Origin: an uncultured bacterium
Lineage (GTDB): Bacteria > Spirochaetota > UBA4802 > JAGODF01
NCBI GenBank assembly: GCA_937921485.1
Contig: CAKZSV010000016.1
Coordinates: 334-64,333 of the forward strand
Direction: 5' to 3'
DNA length: 64,000 nucleotides
Position numbers and translations under genes: made by a program. Position 1 is the stretch's first letter; every line of letters starts with the position of its first letter. Below, piece after piece: positions 1 to 10,167 of this stretch. The notes under the pieces were generated by a model. The model was not told where the DNA came from and searched no databases. It saw only the letters and a program-made list of their open reading frames with translations.

Positions 1-1236
1 GGTGAGCGCCGCCTGTACGGCTATTTCCGCAGTCTCTAAGTCGCGAATTTCACCTATCATGATGACATCGGGGTCCTGCCGCAGAATTGAGCGAAGGCCG
101 TTTGCAAAGGTGAGTTCGATTTTCGGTTTCACCTGCATCTGGCCGATCCCGGGTATCTGGTATTCAATAGGGTCCTCAACGGTGAGAATGTTCACTTCCG
201 GCGTGTTGAGCCGCATGAGCACGCTGTAGAGGGTAGTTGTTTTCCCGCTTCCCGTAGGCCCGGTGACCAGGATAATCCCATGCGTTTTCTGGATCAGGCG
301 GTTATAGGTCGCAAGTGACTTTTCCGAGAATCCGAGCGAATCGAGATTGAAGGACATGTCTGTTTTATTCAGAAGGCGGAGGACCACCCTTTCGCCGTAG
401 TGCGTGGGGAAAATGGAAACGCGGATGTCGATATCCTTTCCGCCAATCTTAATCTGGATGCGTCCGTCCTGAGGAAGGCGGTTTTCGGCGATGTTGAGGT
501 TCGCCATGATTTTGATGCGCGATGTGATCGCATTTTGAAATTTTTTGGGAGGATTGAACATCTTGTAGAGAATGCCGTCAATCCGGAAGCGGACAAAGAG
601 TTCTTTTTCATACGGCTCAATATGGATGTCGCTTGCCCTATCGTTGACTGCCTGCTTGAGAATCGTATTGACGAGCCGAATGATGGGTGCCTCGTTTGCC
701 ATATCGAGTATGTCTTCGGTTTCCGCGACGGGACCGGAGAGCATCTCGAATTCGCTTCCTTCAAGGTCTTCGAGCACTTCAGTTGTTGATGCAGAAGCAG
801 CGATGTCATAGTGCTGCTGAATCACGCGGTTTATTTCATCCTCGGTGGTAAGCACGGGTTCAAGATTACAACCGGGGAAAAGCATTTTTAAATCGTCCAA
901 TGGCTGGATATTGAGCACGTCTGAAACCGCCACAAAGACAGTGTTTTTCACTGACTTGAAGGGAACGATTTTATTTTTTTTCAGAAACATGACGGGTATC
1001 TTCGAAAAGGCCTGTTCCCTGTCGTCGAACTGAAGAGTACTCTGGTATGGCACTCCGTAACGTTCGGACAGCGCGGAGAGAATATCTTCTTCGGTTAACA
1101 GACCTTTCTTGACGAGTATCTGGCCGAGGCGGAGGTTTGTCGATTTCTGAGCGAGCAGTGCTTCCTGAAGGTCTTCCTGAGTGATCAGGTTTTTTTCAAG
1201 CAGGATTTTTCCAAGCATTTTATGCTTCGTCTTCAT
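1..1236 (-). CDS. gspE: Type II secretion ATPase GspE/PulE (3' end outside window)
   Basis: My minus-strand translation from the ATG at 1236 gives MKTKHKMLGKILLEK... (MshEN-like N-terminus), Walker A LVTGPTGSGKTTTLY and ILRQDPDVIMIGEIRD. It is absent from the ORF track because it runs off the window. Confidence 0.92.
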   Translation of the reverse strand, partial: MKTKHKMLGKILLEKNLITQEDLQEALLAQKSTNLRLGQILVKKGLLTEEDILSALSERYGVPYQSTLQFDDREQAFSKIPVMFLKKNKIVPFKSVKNTVFVAVSDVLNIQPLDDLKMLFPGCNLEPVLTTEDEINRVIQQHYDIAASASTTEVLEDLEGSEFEMLSGPVAETEDILDMANEAPIIRLVNTILKQAVNDRASDIHIEPYEKELFVRFRIDGILYKMFNPPKKFQNAITSRIKIMANLNIAENRLPQDGRIQIKIGGKDIDIRVSIFPTHYGERVVLRLLNKTDMSFNLDSLGFSEKSLATYNRLIQKTHGIILVTGPTGSGKTTTLYSVLMRLNTPEVNILTVEDPIEYQIPGIGQMQVKPKIELTFANGLRSILRQDPDVIMIGEIRDLETAEIAVQAALT

Positions 1237-1242
1237 ATCGTT

Positions 1243-2094
1243 TCAATCCGTGATGTTGAATTCGTATTTAAGCATCTGGCCGCCGCGTTCTAAATCGACG
1301 GTGATGCGCGAATCGGTTTTTACCGACTCCCATATCTGGTAGAGCTTTTCGGTGCTGTTGACCGGATTATTGTTGATGCGTTTAATGATGTCGCCCGGAC
1401 GCGCGCCGAGTTTGTAGAGCACGTTGTAAGGCCGAATGCGGAAAATCTTGTAGCCTTCAATTTTTCCATCGACGCGGTAGGGACCTGCGCGAACACCCTG
1501 AAGTGCATTATCAATATTTTTTAATACTTTCTGCTGAAGTTCGGAGCGGCTCAGGTTTTGTTTCAGGTTCGATTGCTGAGCGGGGCCGGCCGCCTGCGCG
1601 GCGGGTTTTTGCTGATCATTCTGGAGATCGGCGTACATGTCCAGGATGCGGATCTCTTTGCCAATTTTCAGGTGAACTTTCGATTCGGTGATGCGCACGA
1701 TGCGGTAGCCGTACACGTCCTTCCACATTCCATAAACTTTTGCTTCCGGGTCGGATTTCTTTTTAATGAGCGCGCGGGATACGTCGGGAGGCCCGCTGAT
1801 GGTGCCCAGAAGCACAAGTTCCGATTCGCTGACGGCCGGCGCCGATTGGGCCGGGGCGCTTGAAGAGACGGACATCGGCTGCGCGACCCTGAAGAAAGTG
1901 GAATCGACAATTGGACGATAATCGGCAAAACTTGCTCTGGGTCGCGCCGGGCGGGACGATTGCCGCTGCGGCTGGTTCGGAACCACCGCGGGTGCCGCCA
2001 CAAAACGATAGACATTCGATGCGGTGAGCGCCATCATAAACGATACGAAAAGCGCGGCCGCGGTATTGAGCGCGTGGTACTTTATGTTCTGCAT
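1243..2094 (-). CDS. gspC: T2SS GspC-like protein (TM, HR domain, PDZ)
   Basis: N-terminal TM, LxLLGTI HR motif, C-terminal PDZ (GARPGDIIKRINN); directly upstream of gspE. Start chosen at MQNIK. Confidence 0.8.
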   Translation of the reverse strand: MQNIKYHALNTAAALFVSFMMALTASNVYRFVAAPAVVPNQPQRQSSRPARPRASFADYRPIVDSTFFRVAQPMSVSSSAPAQSAPAVSESELVLLGTISGPPDVSRALIKKKSDPEAKVYGMWKDVYGYRIVRITESKVHLKIGKEIRILDMYADLQNDQQKPAAQAAGPAQQSNLKQNLSRSELQQKVLKNIDNALQGVRAGPYRVDGKIEGYKIFRIRPYNVLYKLGARPGDIIKRINNNPVNSTEKLYQIWESVKTDSRITVDLERGGQMLKYEFNITD

Positions 2095-2237
2095 TGTAGA
2101 TTTTCCGTAGTCATCATAACGAGTACATTCTTTGCGGGCCGATTGAACCATCGTATCATAATTTTACGAAAACGGCCCCCCTTTAATGTTACATAAACGG
2201 AGAGAGAGGCCGTTGTCAAGATTTTTGCGGGTATTGG

Positions 2238-2266
2238 AAAAAAAAGAAGCCCCCCAAAAAGGGGGG
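2238..2266 (-). terminator. Probable intrinsic terminator
   Basis: CCCCCC-N5-GGGGGG hairpin followed by a U-run on the minus strand, just downstream of 2283..2492. Confidence 0.55.
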
Positions 2267-2282
2267 ATTTTAATTAGCAGTA

Positions 2283-2492
2283 TTATGCGGCGTACAGTTC
2301 GACCGATTTAATGTTCGCAATGTCGATTCTGATTTCCCGGTTATTCTTGTCGCGGATGATAATTTCGTTTTTCACCAGAACCCTGTTTTTATTGAGTTCA
2401 ATTATCGCGCCGTCTTCGAGATAGACCACAATATCAAGGCCTTTGATGCTCAGATATTTTTTTAAAAGCTTCTTGAAATTCTTGCTCGCCAT
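2283..2492 (-). CDS. Small hypothetical protein (69 aa)
   Basis: RBS (GAGGTG) upstream, terminator downstream. Confidence 0.7.
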   Translation of the reverse strand: MASKNFKKLLKKYLSIKGLDIVVYLEDGAIIELNKNRVLVKNEIIIRDKNNREIRIDIANIKSVELYAA

Positions 2493-2892
2493 AATGCACC
2501 TCGCTTTCTCCGCTTTTTCTCAAAAGGCGGAATATTGTGTGATATGGTGCATCCATGCGGTGATTGAGTGGGAGGGAATTCCTTTTCCGTCCGGGCGACG
2601 TAATCAAAAGCCTTTATGTCGCATTATTATTATCGGCATGTATGAATTTTGCTTAATCAATTTTTTATATTCATTGAAAATAAAACCACGCTTTTAAAAA
2701 CTGATTAGCGCTTTGAGCAAGTACACGGAAAAGACTGTATGAACGTTATTGGGCAGCATCAGGGAATATCTTGCTACAAAGGCGTAGTGGTAAAAGCCGG
2801 AGGTAAAATTCTGTTGGAGATTGTGTAATTATGTTGCGGAAATTCATGCCTTGTGATATTATTGGTGAGATCTTTTTCGCCAAACCATTTCG

Positions 2893-4161
2893 TTGGAGAT
2901 GCGTATGATGGATGCACATGTCGAATTAAATAAAGTCAGGAGAGACCGAATTGCATTTGGTGGATTGGTTTTTCTTTCTCTGGTTGGCATCGCACTGTCT
3001 TTGTATCTTCTCATTATCCACTATCTTCCTGCCTCAAGGGATTCTGTGCTTTTTCAGCTTTGTTCGGTGGGGGCGTTCAACTGCGATAGAGTCAATTCCG
3101 GGCAGTACTCGGTGTTTCTTGGATTACCGATTGCCGCGTATGGCCTGGTGTTTTATTTTTTTGTTCTTTTTATCCTTATACTGAGAAAGGCGCATCTCGA
3201 AAGCAAACTGCTGGATGCATTTGTAATTATTTCTTCCGCAGCGGCGGCAATAGCTGTATTTCCCCTTTTTGCGCTTTCGACATTTGTCATCAAAGCCTTC
3301 TGCCTGTATTGCGTTATCGCGTGGCTGTGCAATTTCGCGATTTTTGGACTCTCTCTTGCTCTGGTTCGCGGAGAGGATAATTTCTTCGCCATATTCCGAG
3401 GCGCATGGAAAGAATTGCGGGAAAATCCGGGAGCACTGCATTGTATTGCCGTTATTGTGCTTTTTCTTGTGGTGACATATTCCGGGACGAGCTTTTTGAC
3501 TGCCATGCTCGGTTCCAACAGGCAATATGCGAATCTGCAACAGAACATGCGCATGGAAGAGCAGGCATTCGATGAGTATGTGCGCCGCCGCCCCGTGCCG
3601 ATGGATATTGCAGGTCTTCCAGTGTACTACGGCGATCCATCTGCGAAAGTGACCATTGTGGAATATTTCAATTTCGATTGCCACGTGTGCCGGTCAGCAG
3701 CACCCATTATCAAAAGCATCATCGATAAATATCCGGGAAAGGTGCGGCTTTTTTTAAAGCACTATCCGCTCGATGGAACATGCAATAAATATATTGCAGG
3801 CAGAGGCGATGGGCTGAGCTGTCGTGCGGCGCTTGTTGCAATCGCGCTTCAAAAGAGCCCGAAACATCGCGAATATATTGAATACATCATGACGAAGAAG
3901 GGGCATCTTAAGCGAGAAACGGTACTTGAGGCGCTCGAGAAAATCGATATGAATGCGGATAAGCTTCGCGCGCTGTTAGACGAGAAAATCGCGATAAAAA
4001 TTCTTGAAAGCCAAATCGATTCGGGGGAGAAATTCAAGATTCAGGGTACGCCGTCGTTTATCATCAATGGGAAAATTATTCCTACCGGTCTTCCGCCCGC
4101 GCGGTTTCTGGAAAGAATCATAAAACTCGAAATCGATCTTGCATACGGCGAACAACAATAA
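2893..4161 (+). CDS. VKOR-DsbA/thioredoxin fusion protein
   Basis: VKOR loop cysteines plus CLYC in the TM region; C-terminal DsbA-like domain with CHVC and GTP cis-Pro motif. Confidence 0.88.
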   Translation: MEMRMMDAHVELNKVRRDRIAFGGLVFLSLVGIALSLYLLIIHYLPASRDSVLFQLCSVGAFNCDRVNSGQYSVFLGLPIAAYGLVFYFFVLFILILRKAHLESKLLDAFVIISSAAAAIAVFPLFALSTFVIKAFCLYCVIAWLCNFAIFGLSLALVRGEDNFFAIFRGAWKELRENPGALHCIAVIVLFLVVTYSGTSFLTAMLGSNRQYANLQQNMRMEEQAFDEYVRRRPVPMDIAGLPVYYGDPSAKVTIVEYFNFDCHVCRSAAPIIKSIIDKYPGKVRLFLKHYPLDGTCNKYIAGRGDGLSCRAALVAIALQKSPKHREYIEYIMTKKGHLKRETVLEALEKIDMNADKLRALLDEKIAIKILESQIDSGEKFKIQGTPSFIINGKIIPTGLPPARFLERIIKLEIDLAYGEQQ

Positions 4162-4166
4162 ACGAA

Positions 4167-4952
4167 TTACATATCGATGAAGATATGATTTTTGCCGAAT
4201 AGCCGAATATATTTTTTCCGCACGAGGGTATATTCTTTCAGGCGTGGGCTAATAACATTTTTCGATGCGCGAATTCTCCTGCCGATTGCAGAAGCCGAGA
4301 AGCATGAGGTATTGCCGCCTCTTGCAATGATGAGATAGCATCGAACAGGTTCGTCGGATCCCGCGCGGCGGGTGGGGCGATTGACGATTTTGATTTTCAT
4401 TCCATTGAAGATGATGTATTCGTTTCCTTCTGATGTCTCTCTCGTTTCCGCAATAACACGGTCGACAATGTGCAATTCGTCGCAGGCGGCGATATACCAC
4501 TGTGCTGAGGCACGAAAAGTAATCCAGCGGAATGGCAATGGCAGTGTTTTTGCTTCAATGTTTTTCTGCGGCAATTCATCCCGGTATTCATGTTTCACGC
4601 GCGGAAACTCTTCAAACCCTGCGGATGCCTGTTCTTTTACTTTTGCGAGGAGAAAATGAAGCACGTCGAAACGGGCGGATGCATTGTGCGTTTGATGAGC
4701 ATACGAACTCAGACATGCTTTCAATTTAAGAAGATATTCCCTACCCTTGAAGCAGTTATAACTTGAATATACTGAGAGCAAAAAGTCGAGCCGCTTTTCG
4801 AGTTCCTGGTATTGCTCCTGTTCGTTTTTGTGCTTTTTTTCAAGCGCAAGGAGGTTTTTCTCAAGATGCGCGGCTACCTCTTCCACTTTCTGGAGATTTT
4901 CTTCCCAGAAAGACCTATACGCTAAAAGTTCGTTTTCATTCGAAATGCTCAT
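4167..4952 (-). CDS. Hypothetical protein (N-terminal coiled coil)
   Basis: 261-aa ORF with no recognised motif. Confidence 0.65.
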   Translation of the reverse strand: MSISNENELLAYRSFWEENLQKVEEVAAHLEKNLLALEKKHKNEQEQYQELEKRLDFLLSVYSSYNCFKGREYLLKLKACLSSYAHQTHNASARFDVLHFLLAKVKEQASAGFEEFPRVKHEYRDELPQKNIEAKTLPLPFRWITFRASAQWYIAACDELHIVDRVIAETRETSEGNEYIIFNGMKIKIVNRPTRRAGSDEPVRCYLIIARGGNTSCFSASAIGRRIRASKNVISPRLKEYTLVRKKYIRLFGKNHIFIDM

Positions 4953-5081
4953 AGTAGCTTGCCGGCATATGCGCTTTATTAAAGATAACAGATATAATGT
5001 CTGCTGTCAATAGATTAATAACAAGAGGTCAGGCCTTATGTCGCACGGATGCCTGGCAGTGCCGCGTGCATAGCGTTGAGA

Positions 5082-6200
5082 TTATGAATCGGCAAGATGC
5101 TCGGAAATATATCGCTTTAACACATTGCGCGCGACATCCGTTCCTTCTAAAAACCGGAATGTGATGAAGAAGGCGTTCTCTTCCTGTATGCTCTTTTCTG
5201 CTAAAATTCTGCATAAGAATTTAATGTGGAAATCGTCGATAGTGAAGGACAGCGCGTAATTTTTTCCATAATCGATTTTCGCCGCGAGCCTGACGACGGC
5301 CTCATTTTCATTGATTCTGTAGATCATTCCGGCTGTGGTGGTTTCACTCGAAACTTCTTCTTCGCCATTGGTTTCGGTCTTTATTTCAATGGTAAGCTGG
5401 CATGGTATCATCACATCAAGGTAGGGAAGCCGGACTTCCTTGCCGCGCGCGAGTGTGTCGGAATAGCTTACGGTGATGATATTCCCTGATATGTTTTTAA
5501 TGTCAACTTCAGTGTTATATTCGGCGTCACCCGTGCGCCAGATATAGAGCGCGGCCTTCCCGCGCGCGAGCGTGGCGGGTATGCCTTCTTTGCGGAAAAG
5601 CTGAAGCGAAAGGGTGGAATTATCCGTCGTAATCACTTTGGCGATGCAGGCATCTTGCTGTTCGGAAAAAAGCGCGACCAGCGCGCCCGGCTCAAGCTCG
5701 CGAAGGGACTGCATCGGTTTGCGGTATGTCGAAGGATTGAAAATTTTTTCATGAATCGTGATAATATCCCGGCATGCGGAGATTGCGGTTTCTCCTTCCT
5801 GGCTGGTTTCGCTGAGGTACGAAAGAAAGGAACCGATTGCTTTTTCGTACAGAGTTTTATTGGAAAGGATCGGGTTCGGGTCGTTGAGTTTCAGAATATC
5901 CACCATCCCGCGCAGAATTTTAAACTGGTAGTTGGAAAGCCCTATTTTTTTCGCCTTGAAAAGAAATAACTGGTCGGCTTTGATTTTCGCTTCTTTTAAG
6001 CGGTAGCTGTATCTCAGCAGAAGCAGGAATGCCGCGATGAGCAAAAAAATCCCCGCGACAATCGCGGCTATGACGGGATTGATGGAAGGCCATGCTTCTT
6101 CTGTGCCGAAGAGCACTTCCAGCCCAAGCGTGATAATGGCCAATGGTTTCCCCTGATGAAAAATTGCCCGCGTTTGCCGTGTGGGTATTTTCTTTTGCAC
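5082..6200 (-). CDS. Membrane-anchored YcgR/PilZ-like protein
   Basis: N-terminal TM, then YcgR_N-like and PilZ-like beta domains as in spirochaete PilZ proteins. The RxxxR motif is not conserved. Confidence 0.55.
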   Translation of the reverse strand: MQKKIPTRQTRAIFHQGKPLAIITLGLEVLFGTEEAWPSINPVIAAIVAGIFLLIAAFLLLLRYSYRLKEAKIKADQLFLFKAKKIGLSNYQFKILRGMVDILKLNDPNPILSNKTLYEKAIGSFLSYLSETSQEGETAISACRDIITIHEKIFNPSTYRKPMQSLRELEPGALVALFSEQQDACIAKVITTDNSTLSLQLFRKEGIPATLARGKAALYIWRTGDAEYNTEVDIKNISGNIITVSYSDTLARGKEVRLPYLDVMIPCQLTIEIKTETNGEEEVSSETTTAGMIYRINENEAVVRLAAKIDYGKNYALSFTIDDFHIKFLCRILAEKSIQEENAFFITFRFLEGTDVARNVLKRYISEHLADS

Positions 6201-6423
6201 CTGTTATTAACAGGTGGGTTCCCTCACGAACGCTTCAACCCACTTCTCGGTGGAAGCCCGGTTTGTGCGCTCAAATTCGAGATCCCTTCTCATTTAGTGT
6301 TGGTACAAAAATTTCAATACCAATCACGAGCAACGCAGGCATAACAAATATAATTAAAGACGGTGTTGAATTCAAGAAAAAAATTGTCGCGTTATTTTAA
6401 AGCTGAAATAACCTTGTTATTAT

Positions 6424-7554
6424 TTGGAGAATGCCATTAAAACAGCGAACGACATACGGTTCATCATTGCACCAAAGGGTGCCGGGAAAAATACGATATA
6501 TCGTGAATTTGCACGGATCGCTGGCGTAACAACGTTGTGGTATGATAATGAAATAGCACTGGATCATCTTCTTGAAGAAATTAAACTGAAAGGAGTTCAA
6601 TCAAAAGAAATACTTGTGCTTAAACATTTCATGGGGCGTTTTTTTCAAAAATGTCCAGGTTCGCCTAATGTTATCTGCTGCAACTACCGGGTTATCAATA
6701 CCTGTTTCAATTGTCTGTATGACTGTTCCTATTGCTTTCTGCGCGGCTATCTGAATGCATTCGGCATCGTGCAGTTTACGAATATCGATGCATTATTGCG
6801 TGAAGTGGAACAATTCATGCAGAATTCATCGAATGAAATGGTATATCGCATCGGAACCGGCGAGTTCACCGATTCGTTGATGTTCGATTATGAAACGGGA
6901 ATAGGCGAAAAACTGATCCGCCTGGCCGCTCCATTCGAGCATATTATGCTTGAATTGAAAACGAAATCCTCCAATGTCGATCATCTGTTGGGTATTTCGC
7001 AGAAAGGGAATGCCGTGCTTTCATGGAGCCTTGCAAGCGAGCGAAATATCCGCCGCTACGAGCGGGGAACCGCCACTCTTGCCGGGCGTTTGCAGGCGGT
7101 GCGGAAAGCGTCTGATGCGGATTTCATCACCGCGTTTCATTTCGATCCGGTCATCATATATGATGGCTGGCAGGAGGATTACGCAGCGCTCGTTGAGGCG
7201 CTCTTTGAAGCGGCAAACCGCGAAAGGGTGGCATGGATTTCGCTTGGTGGCTTCCGCTATGCGCCTGGTTTCAAGGATGTGCTGAAAAACGTGGAGCCGG
7301 ACGAGGATATGACGCTGGAGGAGATGTTTCCGGGAATAGACGGGAAATTTCGGTATTTTAAACCCCGCCGCATCGAAATGTATAAATTTTTGCTTGACCG
7401 GATACGGAAATATACCTCAAAGCCTTTTATCTACTTATGTATGGAATCAAGCGATGTGTGGCATCAGGTGATGGGGAAGAATTATTCTTCTTCTGAAGAA
7501 CTCGAAAGCGATTTCAGCGACGCGATGAAGCGGTTTTTGAATACCCTGACATGA
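6424..7554 (+). CDS. Spore photoproduct lyase-like radical SAM protein
   Basis: CLYDCSYC (CxxxCxxC), GTGEFTDSL, ELKTKS, HFDP and YLCME motifs of the SplB-like family. Confidence 0.85.
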   Translation: MENAIKTANDIRFIIAPKGAGKNTIYREFARIAGVTTLWYDNEIALDHLLEEIKLKGVQSKEILVLKHFMGRFFQKCPGSPNVICCNYRVINTCFNCLYDCSYCFLRGYLNAFGIVQFTNIDALLREVEQFMQNSSNEMVYRIGTGEFTDSLMFDYETGIGEKLIRLAAPFEHIMLELKTKSSNVDHLLGISQKGNAVLSWSLASERNIRRYERGTATLAGRLQAVRKASDADFITAFHFDPVIIYDGWQEDYAALVEALFEAANRERVAWISLGGFRYAPGFKDVLKNVEPDEDMTLEEMFPGIDGKFRYFKPRRIEMYKFLLDRIRKYTSKPFIYLCMESSDVWHQVMGKNYSSSEELESDFSDAMKRFLNTLT

Positions 7555-7629
7555 TGTTGCTGCTTTACACTGTATTCGATTGCTTCCATCAATGCTGCAC
7601 AAATATGAAATGTCATTAAGGATACTGCC

Positions 7630-8760
7630 GTGAACAGGGATATAAAAGAGAACAGGGATATAAAAGAAACGAAACGGCTTTTGCGCGAACTCGATCAAAA
7701 AATAAGCGATATGTATTCGGCGCTCGGCATTGAATCTTTGAAGCAAAAAGCCGAAGAGCTGGAGAAGCAGACACATGCTGAAAATTTCTGGGCTGATGCG
7801 CAGAAGGCCTCCAGGGTAAATCAGGAGATAAGCAAAATACGAAAGAAGGTTTCGCCATGGGACGAACTGCGCAATCAGGTGCGTGACGAAACGGATCTTT
7901 TGGAGATGGCTGAATCGGAGGGCGATGAAGAAATTTTGCGGGAAATTGACGCAAAAATCGACGGCTATCTTTCGCGCTACGACATGCTCGAAACCATGGA
8001 ACTCCTTTCCGATGAATCCGATGCGAATAACGCCTTTGTAAGCATTCACCCGGGAGCAGGCGGCACCGAGTCGCAGGACTGGGCAAGCATGCTGTTTCGC
8101 ATGTATCTGCGATGGGCGGAGGAGCACGGGTTTAAGATTGATGTGATCGATTACACCCCAGGAGAAGAGGCGGGTATAAAAAGCGCCACAATGCTGGTCA
8201 CGGGCGAAAACGCCTACGGACTTCTCAAGGCTGAAAGGGGGATTCATCGGCTGGTGCGCATATCGCCGTTTGATGCGAATAAGCGCCGCCATACCTCTTT
8301 TGCCGCGGTGGATGTGGTGCCGGAGATCGACGACAACATCGAAATTGAAATAAATGAATCGGATCTTCGCATCGACACCTACCGTTCATCGGGAGCAGGC
8401 GGACAGCATGTTAACACCACCGATTCTGCCGTTCGCATCACGCATATGCCTACCGGCATCGTGGTGCAGTGCCAGAACGAGAGATCACAGCATAAGAATA
8501 GAGCGTTTGCCATGAAAGTGCTCAGGTCGAAATTGTACGAACTGAAAATGAAGGAACTGGAAGAAAAAACATCGGAAAAAATCGGCGATAAGAAGGACAT
8601 ATCCTGGGGTAATCAGATACGCTCGTATGTATTTCAGCCCTACACGCTGGTGAAGGACCACCGGACCGGTGAAGAAATCGGTTCCATCGATAGAGTCCTT
8701 GACGGCGATATTGACGCATTCATCTATGCCTACTTGAAGAACATGAAGAAACTGGCATAA
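7630..8760 (+). CDS. prfB: Peptide chain release factor 2
   Basis: SPF motif (RISPFD), GGQ motif, WGNQIRSY; continuous ORF. Confidence 0.97.
   Translation: MNRDIKENRDIKETKRLLRELDQKISDMYSALGIESLKQKAEELEKQTHAENFWADAQKASRVNQEISKIRKKVSPWDELRNQVRDETDLLEMAESEGDEEILREIDAKIDGYLSRYDMLETMELLSDESDANNAFVSIHPGAGGTESQDWASMLFRMYLRWAEEHGFKIDVIDYTPGEEAGIKSATMLVTGENAYGLLKAERGIHRLVRISPFDANKRRHTSFAAVDVVPEIDDNIEIEINESDLRIDTYRSSGAGGQHVNTTDSAVRITHMPTGIVVQCQNERSQHKNRAFAMKVLRSKLYELKMKELEEKTSEKIGDKKDISWGNQIRSYVFQPYTLVKDHRTGEEIGSIDRVLDGDIDAFIYAYLKNMKKLA
7632..7667 (+). repeat. 18-bp perfect tandem duplication at the 5' end of prfB
   Basis: GAACAGGGATATAAAAGA occurs twice, encoding NRDIKE twice. Confidence 0.9.
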
Positions 8761-8860
8761 GAATTATTTCCCGTCACAGTAAATTCTGCTTGAAATATTT
8801 ACTGCAATGCAAATGTTTGAATGAGAATATGAATGAGAACATCGATAATGAGAGGATTTA

Positions 8861-9778
8861 TTGAAAAAGAAGAAAGGCTCCATCTTTAAATATTTCGAGC
8901 CAATTGATATTTCCTCGGCGATCTCTGCGCCCGACGGAGATGCACGTCCGCTTGATGATGGCCTCGGTTTTTTTTCCTCCACGCAAAGAAAAGAAAACCT
9001 TTTTTTGAACAGGTTCTCCGGAAACGACATCATGGATATTGCCGCAAGAGTCGGCATGGTTGCCCATCTGAAAAATCTTGGGTTTGAGAATCTTTTCGCG
9101 GTTGTGGAACGCGATGAAGCGATGATTCACTACCTGAAAATATATTATGATAATCAAAATCCGCAGAATCTGCTGATCGACTTGAGGCTTTCCGAGTCGA
9201 GGTTTGTGCCAAAGGGCGAAGCGTTTGCAAAAAGCGGCATCGCAACGCTCGACATGATTGTCATCGAGTGGCTCTCGGCCGAGAATCCAGGAAATATCTT
9301 CGATCCTACAAAGCCGCAGCTTCCCGGGCAAAAAAAGCCAGGGCTCGGATGCCTCAACTATCTCATGGAAATGATGTACATCGTGGGGCGGGAAGTCATC
9401 AAAGACGGTTTTATGGATATTCCTGATCACATGCACGGCGCGATTATGTATTCGCGGAAATTCAAATTTTTTAATCCCGTGCATGAGGCGATACTCCAGG
9501 CCATAATCCGCGATTTGAAAGGGCACTCTCTTCTGGATATTTCATGGGGCATGATTACCGGTACGATTGTCGATGCGGCAACGAACGCTCCCCAGGTGTA
9601 CGATCCTTCCGAGCAGATCTTTCCGCTTTCGCGCAGGATGAAAAATTATTTCAAATCGAAAGAATATCAGAAGAAGTTCGATGAAGTATATAAGAAAAAG
9701 CGCTACAGGTTCGATTATGAGAAGATGACCGCGTTGCGCGATGAGATATTAAAAAGCAAAAAGGCAGTGGAGCTTTGA
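8861..9778 (+). CDS. Conserved hypothetical protein
   Basis: 305-aa ORF with RBS and an IEWL...LPGQKKPGLG motif. I recall this motif from C-terminal domains of some bacterial HDAC-family proteins (unverified). Confidence 0.75.
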   Translation: MKKKKGSIFKYFEPIDISSAISAPDGDARPLDDGLGFFSSTQRKENLFLNRFSGNDIMDIAARVGMVAHLKNLGFENLFAVVERDEAMIHYLKIYYDNQNPQNLLIDLRLSESRFVPKGEAFAKSGIATLDMIVIEWLSAENPGNIFDPTKPQLPGQKKPGLGCLNYLMEMMYIVGREVIKDGFMDIPDHMHGAIMYSRKFKFFNPVHEAILQAIIRDLKGHSLLDISWGMITGTIVDAATNAPQVYDPSEQIFPLSRRMKNYFKSKEYQKKFDEVYKKKRYRFDYEKMTALRDEILKSKKAVEL

Positions 9779-9804
9779 GCCCTATCCTTTATGAGGCTTT
9801 TTGA

Positions 9805-10167
9805 TTAAAATTCCAATCCATGTTGCAGTATTTCGATAATAAAAGAATTTCTTTCTTTTATCAATAATTCAATTTCTGATGGATGATATACAATTAATTC
9901 CACGGGTACCGGTATCTCGTTGAAATAATGGTAATATTTCAAAGGTCGTCTGATGCTATCGTTACCAGCATCCCGTGTGATTATGAGAATATCGATATCG
10001 CTGCGCCCGGTGTGCTCATTTTTCGCGATTGAACCGAACAGTAGTACTTTCTCAACAGAAGGATTGTCATATTTGATCTTTTTTACGATTTCTGAAACTT
10101 TTGTTAAAACAGCATCTCTATCCAGATATCGAGCTTTTACAGAATTTGATGATTTCGTCACAAGCAT
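9805..10167 (-). CDS. Minimal nucleotidyltransferase (MNT antitoxin)
   Basis: LFGSIAK...SDIDIL (GS-DxD) motif; overlaps the HEPN gene. Confidence 0.88.
   Translation of the reverse strand: MLVTKSSNSVKARYLDRDAVLTKVSEIVKKIKYDNPSVEKVLLFGSIAKNEHTGRSDIDILIITRDAGNDSIRRPLKYYHYFNEIPVPVELIVYHPSEIELLIKERNSFIIEILQHGLEF

Noticed and set aside
369-809. Track ORFs overlapping gspE, and the many other antisense or alternate-frame ORFs (e.g. 7447..8292, 36002..36610, 60437..61129)
   Set aside because: They are shadows of well-supported genes and have no motifs of their own.
8821-8855. ATGAGA repeated three times upstream of 8861
   Set aside because: Too short and low-complexity to interpret.
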